A stretch of DNA of 59,356 nucleotides, filler included. It is 5 parts of 5 records of this genome, joined end to end, with 100 filler letters (N's around TTAATTAATTAA, not from the genome) between each part and the next. Parts side by side here need not be neighbours in the genome. Positions count along the whole stretch, not along the records: positions 6,550 to 36,524 come from DRR723986_9067; 4 more parts are not named here. One strand, 5' to 3'. Position 1 is the stretch's first letter. Each line of letters starts with the position of its first letter. Positions 19,876-28,285 of this stretch are shown piece by piece. The translations under genes and the position numbers were made by a program. The notes under the pieces were generated by a model. It was not told the DNA's origin, searched no databases, and was given only the letters and a program-made list of their open reading frames with translations.

Positions 19876-22800
19876 ATGATCAAGTCATCCGCCAAGCCGA
19901 TCACGCGAAACCGGCTGCATCAACTTGTGCGCGGTTTGAAAAGCCGCAGCAATAGCAGCGCCCGCCAGATGGCCGAAGAGATCGATGTTATTCGGGGGCA
20001 ACAGGAACTTGCGAAAGAGCGGCACAAACGCGCCCAGAGTGAAAAGAAGCAGGAATTTGCACTGCAACGAGACCAGCAACTAACCGCCTGGGACGAAAAA
20101 CTGTGCAGCGGCTGGGACAAGGCTGAAGCGACCGTTTACGCCGAAGTTAAAGGCGCAGCATCGAAGACCGCGACGCTTAACAAGACCGCCAAGAGCAATC
20201 GCAGGATGGTCGAAACCGAGGCGCAGCGGAGAACCGAGGCCGCGACAAAGGAATACGAAGAAGCAGCCAAGAAACCAACCGCAACTGCTGCAAAGCTAAA
20301 GCAACATGCAAGCGGCGGGGGCCGCATGCTCACGGAATCACTAAACACAGCGACTTCGGCACTTCTGCAACGTAGCCTGCCAGTGCCCGATGTTGAACCG
20401 ACTGCCCCACAGAATACAGACGCAACATTTGCCTCTTCCGGAGATGCCCTTCGCGAGCTCAAGCGGATCGTCGACGACGCACAAGCTCAATGCCGAAAAG
20501 TCACCCATCAGCCACTCGCCCGGTTCGTGGAATCCCCTTTGTTCTGGGTGATCGGCATGCTGCTGTTCGGCGCGGTCGCCGCCACACTTGTTGCGACCAA
20601 AATCCAAAGCTTGGTGCCTGGCGTTGCCATCGGCGGGGGCGTTTCAATAGCTTACATCGCAATTGGCCTGATCGCCGGTCGCCCATGGCTGAAGAGAGTC
20701 TCGCGAACGCAGATACCGCTGCTCCACCAAGCGATCGCAGATGGAAAACATGCCGCCAGCAAAGCAAACGAGCTGATCGAAAACGAACGAAGCGAAGCCA
20801 TCGCCAAGTTGGCGGCCGTTCGCGACAAGAAGATCAACCAGGTAACGGACTGGAAGACGCAACGACTTGAGGAGATCGAGACCGACCGCGTTACCTATCT
20901 TCAGCAAGTCGAGGAACAAGTTTCCAAGGCCAAGAGTAAGTGGAGCGTGGACCTGGGCTCGTTCTTGGACAAGACCAACACCAACGGGCGTGCCGAAGAA
21001 AAGAAGGCCAACGATGACGCCAATCAAGATCTTGCGCTCATGGAGCAAGAATTCAAGAACGCTCAACAACGGGCCGAACAAGACATCGTTGCGCTCCAAG
21101 AAGGCGGCGTCAACCGTCTGCGGAGGGCCACGGAAAAAGCGGTGACTATTGCCACCAACTGCCAGCAATTCTATGCAGAACAATTCACTGCATGGTCTGA
21201 GATATCAGAACAGAACTGGCCAGAAGAGCTGCAAACGCCCATCCTGCCACTTGGCAAAATCCCGGTTCGAGCCGTCGATATCGATACCCAGGACAGTGGC
21301 GAATCGGCTCAAGTGGTTGAAACTCCTCTATTGTTCAGCCCGCTCAACGACAAATACTTGACCATTCTTGCGGACCCGAGCGCAAATTCAACAATCGAAC
21401 TGGTTCGCAGCCTTGTCTTGCGCTTCCTGACGCACCTGCCCGCGGGAAAAGCGGAGACTTGCGTGATCGATCAACCCGGACTCGGACGAGATTTTGGTTG
21501 GCTAATGCACCTGGCCGACTATGACCCGGAACTCGTTTCCCACCGCGTCTGGACTCAGGAGCAACACATTGGCCGGCAAACGTCAAACCTTGCCCGCGGT
21601 GCAGAGGATTTCATCCAGCAGGCGTTGCGAAATGAATACCCAGACATTGCCGCCTACAATCAGCATGCCGGAGCCCTCGCCGAGCCATTTCGACTTCTGG
21701 TTTGGTCTAGCTTCCCGGATGGTCTTACGGATCAGTCCTGGAAAGCACTGCAGAGCCTACTCGACACCGGTGCACGATGTGGAGTGGTTCCCATCTTGGT
21801 CGTCGATCCCAACTCACCCTGGCTGTCGACAGTCGACGGGAAGAAAGTCCTTCAAAAGGGGCTGCGGATTCGCTTTGATTCCGAGAGCAATGCGTGGCAG
21901 AGTATTGTTGACGAGGAGGCGATCGCCTTCGAACCAGAAGTCTCTCCATCCGAAAAGCAGTCGCAGGAAATCATTTCTCAGGTTGGGCGACGCGCGCTGC
22001 AGGGCAGTCGCGTGGAAGTTCCACTTTCAAAAATGGTTCCCCAGCAAGATGACTGGTGGCAGGGCGATAGCTCTCGGAGCCTTGAGATTCCCGTCGGTCA
22101 AAGTGGTGTTGGACGCACGCACAGCGTGACCCTCGGCCTCGGAACCGCTCAACACGCGATCATCGCCGGTAAGACTGGCTCGGGTAAATCCAGCCTCCTG
22201 CATGCACTCATTACCAGCGCCCTGGTGAAGTACTCTCCGGACCGGCTGCGGCTCGTCTTGCTCGACTTCAAGAAAGGTGTCGAATTCCAAGTCTACTCCG
22301 AAGCCGAGATCCCGCACGCAGACATCATTGGCATTGAAAGCCAGCGCGAGTTTGGATTGAGCGCGCTGGAGTACATCGACGGCTGCTTGAACCGTCGCGG
22401 TGAAGCATTTCGTCAAGCTGGTGTGCAGGATCTGCCAAGTTGGAATTTGATGCATCCAGATGATCAGAAACCTCGAATGCTATTGGTGATCGATGAATTC
22501 CAAGAGCTATTTGTCGAAGATGACCGCCTAGGCCAGCAAGCAAGTCTGATTCTGGATCGAATCGTTCGCCAAGGTCGTTCGTTTGGTGTTCACGCCGTAC
22601 TAAGTAGTCAGACTCTGTCCGGTTCCTACGCGTTGCCTCGTACCACTCTCGGGCAAATGGCGGTTCGCATTGCACTGCAGTGCGACGCGGCAGATGCAAA
22701 CATCATCTTCACCGACGACAATCCCGCCGCGGCTCGACTGAAGCATCCCGGCCAAGCGGTTTACAACGACGAGGGGGGACGCATCGAAGGCAATCAGCCA

Positions 22801-23778
22801 ATGCAAATCGGCTGGCTGGCTAACGCCGAGCAGAAGCAGTGGCTTGGCGAGATGGAGAACGGCTATCAGAACGGGGACGCCACTACCAACGCGCTGGGAC
22901 GGACAGTCGTCTTCGATGGAAACCGCCCAGCAACTTGGGATGCCGCTAACGCCGACCTGGCAATTGAAAGAAGCAAGGCCGAAGAAAACCCAGATGCGAT
23001 TTGGTGTGTTGCTGGCGAAAGTGTTGCTATCAGCCCTGCGGTATGCTTCCCGCTGACCAACCAGCCCGGACGTAACGTAATGCTCGTTGGTGCCAGCGAC
23101 GCTCAGGCGTCGGCGACGATGACAAGCATTGTGGCAAGCTGGTCACGCCAGAGTGGCGACAAGGCTAATGCAGAGCTGTTCGCCGTACAGGGAGCTCGGC
23201 CCGTTGACCGGCATGCCAACCAGCTACCTAAACTTTGGGAGGGGACGGCTGGAAATGTGAACGTGTTCGATACCAGAACGGCCGCTGATGCGATTACCCA
23301 AGTTCACGAAAAACTAAAATCCCGAATCGATCGGGACTCTGGTGACGAGGCAGAATCCAGCGGCAATGACAGCACGCCCATTCTATTGACACTGCTCCAA
23401 TTGGGACGGCTAAGAGACTTAAGAAGCGAAGACGAGTTCAGTTTCGGCGAGTCGAGTTTAACGCCTGACAAAATGCTGGAAGAGATCTTGCGTGATGGCC
23501 CCGCTCAGGGAATTCACACCGTCCTTTGGTGTGATTCAGCATCCACGCTTGGCAGATGGCTGTCGCGGTCGATGATGCGCGAGATTGAAATTCGCTTACT
23601 GATGCAAATGAGTGCCAATGACTCTACCAATTTGGTGGAATCGGTGACGGCGAATCGGCTGGGCGAGCAACTCATGCTGGCCTATGACGAGGCGTCGGGA
23701 ATCGAACAAAAATTTCGTCCGTTCCGCACCGACGACCTTGGGCAAATCATTGCTTGGGACGCAAAAGACGCAGACTGA
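19876..23778 (+). CDS. Membrane-anchored FtsK/SpoIIIE ATPase, EssC/EccC-like
   Basis: Coiled coils, two TM helices (FWVIGMLLFGAVAATLV; VAIGGGVSIAYIAIGLI), HAIIAGKTGSGKS, LLDFKKGVEF, LLVIDEFQELF, RQGRSFGVH, with degenerate ATPase-like modules on either side. Confidence 0.88.
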   Translation: MIKSSAKPITRNRLHQLVRGLKSRSNSSARQMAEEIDVIRGQQELAKERHKRAQSEKKQEFALQRDQQLTAWDEKLCSGWDKAEATVYAEVKGAASKTATLNKTAKSNRRMVETEAQRRTEAATKEYEEAAKKPTATAAKLKQHASGGGRMLTESLNTATSALLQRSLPVPDVEPTAPQNTDATFASSGDALRELKRIVDDAQAQCRKVTHQPLARFVESPLFWVIGMLLFGAVAATLVATKIQSLVPGVAIGGGVSIAYIAIGLIAGRPWLKRVSRTQIPLLHQAIADGKHAASKANELIENERSEAIAKLAAVRDKKINQVTDWKTQRLEEIETDRVTYLQQVEEQVSKAKSKWSVDLGSFLDKTNTNGRAEEKKANDDANQDLALMEQEFKNAQQRAEQDIVALQEGGVNRLRRATEKAVTIATNCQQFYAEQFTAWSEISEQNWPEELQTPILPLGKIPVRAVDIDTQDSGESAQVVETPLLFSPLNDKYLTILADPSANSTIELVRSLVLRFLTHLPAGKAETCVIDQPGLGRDFGWLMHLADYDPELVSHRVWTQEQHIGRQTSNLARGAEDFIQQALRNEYPDIAAYNQHAGALAEPFRLLVWSSFPDGLTDQSWKALQSLLDTGARCGVVPILVVDPNSPWLSTVDGKKVLQKGLRIRFDSESNAWQSIVDEEAIAFEPEVSPSEKQSQEIISQVGRRALQGSRVEVPLSKMVPQQDDWWQGDSSRSLEIPVGQSGVGRTHSVTLGLGTAQHAIIAGKTGSGKSSLLHALITSALVKYSPDRLRLVLLDFKKGVEFQVYSEAEIPHADIIGIESQREFGLSALEYIDGCLNRRGEAFRQAGVQDLPSWNLMHPDDQKPRMLLVIDEFQELFVEDDRLGQQASLILDRIVRQGRSFGVHAVLSSQTLSGSYALPRTTLGQMAVRIALQCDAADANIIFTDDNPAAARLKHPGQAVYNDEGGRIEGNQPMQIGWLANAEQKQWLGEMENGYQNGDATTNALGRTVVFDGNRPATWDAANADLAIERSKAEENPDAIWCVAGESVAISPAVCFPLTNQPGRNVMLVGASDAQASATMTSIVASWSRQSGDKANAELFAVQGARPVDRHANQLPKLWEGTAGNVNVFDTRTAADAITQVHEKLKSRIDRDSGDEAESSGNDSTPILLTLLQLGRLRDLRSEDEFSFGESSLTPDKMLEEILRDGPAQGIHTVLWCDSASTLGRWLSRSMMREIEIRLLMQMSANDSTNLVESVTANRLGEQLMLAYDEASGIEQKFRPFRTDDLGQIIAWDAKDAD

Positions 23779-23824
23779 GACACATAACGCCGAAGAGGAT
23801 CGAACGAGCGTGTGCAGGAAACCG

Positions 23825-24694
23825 CTAAGCGCTTTGCAGCACACACGCCTTCAACGTGTTGTCTAGTAGCATCGCAATGGTAAGCGGCCCAACACCACCG
23901 GGAACCGGAGTGATGTATTCCGCAACTGGTTCTAAGCCATCGAAATCAACATCGCCGACGAGCCCATCGTCGGTGCGATTGATACCGACGTCGACGACCA
24001 CGGCACCGGGCCGAACCATTTCTGGTGTGATCAGTTTTGCGACGCCGACTGCCGCAACGAGAATGTCGGCCTGCTTAGTGATACTTGCCAGGTCTTTGCT
24101 TTGCGAGTGACAGACGGTCACGGTCGCGTTGGCATACTCTTTTCCAAACCCAATGTCGCGGGCGACCAACATGTTTGCCAGCGGCTTGCCGACAATGTCA
24201 CTGCGTCCCACGATGACAACATGCTTACCGGCCAACGGAATCTTGTACCTGGCAAGTAGCTGAACAACTCCATGCGGCGTACACGGCAAGAATCGCGGCC
24301 GTCCTTGAACGAGCAGACCAACATTTTCGGGCGCGAAAGCATCAACGTCCTTAAGTGGAGCTACTGCATCCAGAATGCGTTGCGTGTCCAACTGCTTCGG
24401 AAGTGGCAGTTGCACCAGAATGCCGTTGACTGTCGCATCAGAGTTGAGCTGATCCAGCAACTCGAGGAGTTGTTCGGTTGTCGAATCGCCAGGCATGCGA
24501 ACGAGTTGACTTGCAATGCCCGCTTTCTCGCAGGCCCGTTCCTTGTTGCGCACGTAAACTTGGCTAGCCGGGTCGTCGCCTACGAGCACGGCAGCCAGTT
24601 TCGGCTGAGGCTTTCCGGCCTCGGTCCAAGACTTCACCCGCTCAGCAATTTCGGTACGAATTTCTTGTGCGATGCGTTTTCCGTCGAGCAACAT
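23825..24694 (-). CDS. folD: Bifunctional methylenetetrahydrofolate dehydrogenase/cyclohydrolase
   Basis: ASQVYVRNK, GILVQLPLP, PCTPHG, GRSDIVGKP, TPVPGGVGPLT. Confidence 0.97.
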   Translation of the reverse strand: MLLDGKRIAQEIRTEIAERVKSWTEAGKPQPKLAAVLVGDDPASQVYVRNKERACEKAGIASQLVRMPGDSTTEQLLELLDQLNSDATVNGILVQLPLPKQLDTQRILDAVAPLKDVDAFAPENVGLLVQGRPRFLPCTPHGVVQLLARYKIPLAGKHVVIVGRSDIVGKPLANMLVARDIGFGKEYANATVTVCHSQSKDLASITKQADILVAAVGVAKLITPEMVRPGAVVVDVGINRTDDGLVGDVDFDGLEPVAEYITPVPGGVGPLTIAMLLDNTLKACVLQSA

Positions 24695-24789
24695 TGTTTC
24701 GCCTAGTCTGAATACGAGCTTTGAGCCATTTCTTGATGCCAGCCTGCCCTGCGGCGACCGGCTATCTCAGCCATGCGCGGCAGCGCACG

Positions 24790-24836
24790 AAAAAAGGCGG
24801 ATCGCAACAAACCGTTGAAAGTTCGTGCAATCCGCC
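24790..24836 (-). terminator. Intrinsic terminator after tRNA-Leu
   Basis: On the minus strand GGCGGATTGCA...TGCGATCCGCC followed by TTTTTT, immediately 3' of the tRNA. Confidence 0.65.
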
Positions 24837-24844
24837 CGCACATG

Positions 24845-24928
24845 TGCCCAGGACTGGAGTTGAACCAGCAAGGGGTTGCCCCCACAACGACCTCAACGTT
24901 GCGCGTCTGCCAATTCCGCCACCTGGGC
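24845..24928 (-). tRNA. tRNA-Leu(GAG)
   Basis: Acceptor stem GCCCAGG/CCTGGGC, D-arm GGCGGAATTGGCAGACGC, anticodon stem CAACG/CGTTG with loop TTGAGGT, long variable arm, T-loop GGTTCAACTCC; CCA not encoded. Confidence 0.95.
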
Positions 24929-25295
24929 GAGTTGCTAAAAAGTTAAATCTTCCGGCCCGGATCGTCAAGACACCCCTGAATTCGTCGGCTGAAAAGTGGC
25001 CAAAGCCCGCTCGTCTTGCGGCAGAAAATGCCGTTTGCTCGGGTCGAACGGATGATTCGCCCCGAAGCCTAGCCCGAGACAGGCTCAGTCAGCGGCCAGA
25101 ATGATCGCCTGGTCGGAAGTATCATTCGCTGTGCAATGCTGCTCGGATGTCGCTTTTCGGAAGTCGCCAGACTGCGGGCCACGCGGTTGGAATTCTCACC
25201 GGCCATTGTGCGATGCCGCCAGTGCAATAAACTCTGACGATCCCAAAGCTGATTTGGGGATGCACGCGAACTTTCGAAAGCATTGGCAGACGTTG

Positions 25296-25784
25296 ATGAC
25301 TGAGGCAAATCCCAAAATTACAAAGATCGCCTTGGGCGGCGACCACGCTGGCTACTCACTCAAAGCCCTGTTGATTGAGAACTTAGTCAAAACTGGTTAC
25401 GAAGTCATCGATTGTGGCCCAGAAGACGAGTGCCCTTGCGACTTTCCAGATTTTGCTGAAAAGGTAGCGGCAGAAGTTCGCTCCCAAAGGGCTCAGCGGG
25501 GAATCATGGTCTGCGGTTCGGGCGTCGGCGTTTGCGTGGCTGCGAACAAGATCCCAGGTATTCGCGCGAGCATTTGCCACGACACCTACTCTGCACGACA
25601 GGGTGTCGAGCATGATGATATGAACGTCCTGTGCATCGGAGCACGGATCATTGGCCAGGAAGTGGCGTTCGAACTCATTCACAGCTTCTTGAATGCGGAC
25701 TACGCTCCTCAGCCACGCCATCAAAAACGTGTCGACAAGATCAACGACATCGAACGACGCGCCAACTCGGGGCAATACGAGTAG
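25296..25784 (+). CDS. rpiB: Ribose-5-phosphate isomerase B
   Basis: IALGGDHAG, VCGSGVG, ANKIPGIRA, HDDMNVLCIGARIIG, RHQKRVDKI. Confidence 0.93.
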   Translation: MTEANPKITKIALGGDHAGYSLKALLIENLVKTGYEVIDCGPEDECPCDFPDFAEKVAAEVRSQRAQRGIMVCGSGVGVCVAANKIPGIRASICHDTYSARQGVEHDDMNVLCIGARIIGQEVAFELIHSFLNADYAPQPRHQKRVDKINDIERRANSGQYE

Positions 25785-25813
25785 TCGGCCCTGGCTTCGT
25801 CTCACAACGTCGA

Positions 25814-28183
25814 TCAAGCGATCAGCCGTCTCGTTGCCCGGCTGAGTAGCAGTGCCGGCAGCAGGACTAGATCTCCCACGATCGCTCCGCTGAGGATCAA
25901 AATCATCAGCAGCGCAAACTTGCTGGTCGGGAGAAATTCGCAGAACAAGAATGGAAACATCGCCGCGGTGCATATCAGCGACGTGTGCAACATTGGCGGC
26001 CCGCAGACGGCCATCGCAGTTCGCACGGCAGCTTCATTAGCTTGATTACACTGCGATTCGCGACGATAGCAGACCACGAAGTGCAGGGTATCGTCCACCG
26101 CAATCCCCAACGCTACACTTGCGGTCAAGATACTCGCAACGTCGAGATGAATCCCGAGCCACCCCATCGCTCCGAATACGATGGCGACGGGCAATGTGTT
26201 AGGCAGCATCAGCATCAATCCACCAAGAATGCTGCGTGTGATCAACATCATGACAGGCGTAATCAGCAGGAACGCCGTCAGAAAACTCACGCCCAGGTCA
26301 CGCAGCAGCGCTGTATGCGCAGTTTCAACAACCGTCCGCATTCCAGTGACCACAAATTCCCCACTTTGCAGGATCTGGCTGCTGGGCTCGGCTGTATCTG
26401 CTCCAGAGTTGCCAAGATCTGCAGCCTCACCTTGGGCGAGAGGCTGATGCCGAAGTGGTGGTTGTGGCGGTGTGTCCGGCTGGCGGCGATCGGAAACTTG
26501 GGACCAACCTGCCCCCGCAACGGCATCTTCAATACTGCGCAAGACTCTCGAATAATTCGAATTCCGCAGGTCGTGCAGACTCAAGCTGAGCTTCCAGGTC
26601 TTTGTCTCGTCGCTGACGTGGATCATCTGCGGCATCGACTCTACGGCCTGACCAACCTTGCGACGATAAACGGACCTCGCCAAAGTGCTTCTAATTCCGG
26701 TCCCTTCCGGCGTGGGCGGAAAGAACAGTGTTGCATCGGTGCATCGACCCACCTCCGAAAGTTCTTTTAGTTGATCACTCAGGGCACCAACCCGCTGGAC
26801 ATCTTCATCGATCCGCCCCGAGGTGGCGACAAGTACATCTAAAGTTGCGATTGGCCCAATCCGTTCAGTCACCCAGTTGAGATCGCGAACCGCCTTGCTT
26901 TCTGGAGAAAACATGTCAGTGAACTCGGTGCTCGTCGTCAGCCGTGGAACGCCAACAATGGCGACAGCAAACAAGAGTACGCCAAGCAGCGAAACGACAC
27001 CTGAGTACTTCGTAACCGCCGATGCGATAAAGTGTATGAGGATGCCTTGGACTTTCCCAACAAACAATCCGCCGCGGACAGACTTGCTAGACTGGCCAAA
27101 CCAGCGGCGGTGGGCAAGCCAGACGGCCGCCGGATAACCTAACAGCAGCAGTCCAGTCGAGAACAAAGCTCCTGCTGCAGCAAGAGTGCCGAACTGACGG
27201 ACTGGGTGCACACTGCTGGCCGCCAGCGAAGCAAAACCGAAAGCGGTCGTAACAGTAGCCAGTACACATGGCTTCCAACCAAGAAGAAACGCTGTTGCCT
27301 CGGGCGAACGATCGACGCCGTCTTCAGGATTCGCGACACGCTCTTCGGCTGCATCCGCATAGTAGTTCGCTAGGTGCACAGCCGCTGAAAGCGTCAGCAT
27401 GAAAACAAGCGTTGGCAACACTACCAACACAGCGCTCATCTCCCCAAGCCACAGAGCGATCAACGCCAATCCAGAAGCTTGCCCCAGGCCGGCGAATACG
27501 AACACGCTGCCTGTCAGGCGAAAACTACCGATGCAGAACCAAGCAACTAAGAGCGCACCGATGCTAGATGGCAGTACATACCGCGCAATCGTATCGCGAC
27601 TACTTTGATCAATCAGTGTGACCTGGTAGGGCTCACCGACCAAGATCTGCTCATTGGCCGATACACCAGTGCTCTCCGATACGACCATTTGTATTCGGTC
27701 GATTACTTCCTTCGTCGGCAAGGCTGATTCGGGGGCAAGCTTGATTGTCAGATAGCCTTCGCCACCGCGACCACAGCCAACGCCCGCCAGCTTCTTGATG
27801 GCTTCAGCGGGAGTTAAAGCCGGATCGTTTGCCCGCAGTGCGTCAACGAGTTCACCGGAACTGACAATCTCGATTGTGTTGTCGTCTACAACGGGATCAC
27901 TTCGAAGGGCAGCAGTGGCAAGCTCCAGCTCGGGCGACTTCGCACTGCATCCTGGCCAAGCGAGCAGCAAGAATTCGTCGCTACCAAAAACCGCACGGAA
28001 CGCGTCGTAGGTCTGAACGGTTGGATCGCTCGATGGAAGCCAATCCCGAACGACTGGCGTCCCAAAGCGTGCCTGCAGTGCGAAGAATACAATCCCAGGA
28101 ACAACTAGCAGAGCGAGGATTGCGCGTACAACGAAGCGTCTTGCTAGAGGTGGGCCGGTAGAATCGTCAATGACCTTGCTCAC
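25814..28183 (-). CDS. MMPL/RND-family transporter
   Basis: Two TM bundles each after a periplasmic loop; TTAFGFASL, GIAVDDTLHF, GDLVLLPALL. Confidence 0.85.
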   Translation of the reverse strand: MSKVIDDSTGPPLARRFVVRAILALLVVPGIVFFALQARFGTPVVRDWLPSSDPTVQTYDAFRAVFGSDEFLLLAWPGCSAKSPELELATAALRSDPVVDDNTIEIVSSGELVDALRANDPALTPAEAIKKLAGVGCGRGGEGYLTIKLAPESALPTKEVIDRIQMVVSESTGVSANEQILVGEPYQVTLIDQSSRDTIARYVLPSSIGALLVAWFCIGSFRLTGSVFVFAGLGQASGLALIALWLGEMSAVLVVLPTLVFMLTLSAAVHLANYYADAAEERVANPEDGVDRSPEATAFLLGWKPCVLATVTTAFGFASLAASSVHPVRQFGTLAAAGALFSTGLLLLGYPAAVWLAHRRWFGQSSKSVRGGLFVGKVQGILIHFIASAVTKYSGVVSLLGVLLFAVAIVGVPRLTTSTEFTDMFSPESKAVRDLNWVTERIGPIATLDVLVATSGRIDEDVQRVGALSDQLKELSEVGRCTDATLFFPPTPEGTGIRSTLARSVYRRKVGQAVESMPQMIHVSDETKTWKLSLSLHDLRNSNYSRVLRSIEDAVAGAGWSQVSDRRQPDTPPQPPLRHQPLAQGEAADLGNSGADTAEPSSQILQSGEFVVTGMRTVVETAHTALLRDLGVSFLTAFLLITPVMMLITRSILGGLMLMLPNTLPVAIVFGAMGWLGIHLDVASILTASVALGIAVDDTLHFVVCYRRESQCNQANEAAVRTAMAVCGPPMLHTSLICTAAMFPFLFCEFLPTSKFALLMILILSGAIVGDLVLLPALLLSRATRRLIA

Positions 28184-28285
28184 TCAAAAAGGATTGACGA
28201 TCAAGTGTGTTAGCGTGCGACCATTGGGCTGTATGTGCCTACGCTTGCACACAAGCGGAAGGCCTATCACCGTAGAACTGCCAGG

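Noticed and set aside
19876-23778. Chromosome-segregation FtsK or conjugative coupling protein of an ICE
   Set aside because: No recognisable gamma domain, relaxase, integrase or T4SS genes; multi-module layout and WXG100-like neighbours fit EssC/EccC better.
24845-24928. tRNA-Leu as integration site of an island carrying the WXG100 operon
   Set aside because: The tRNA is followed by a terminator and folD; I saw no integrase or duplicated tRNA 3' end.
25814-28183. MMPL transporter as part of the T7SS-like system by analogy with mycobacteria
   Set aside because: Opposite strand, separated by folD, tRNA and rpiB; MMPL proteins are common in planctomycetes.
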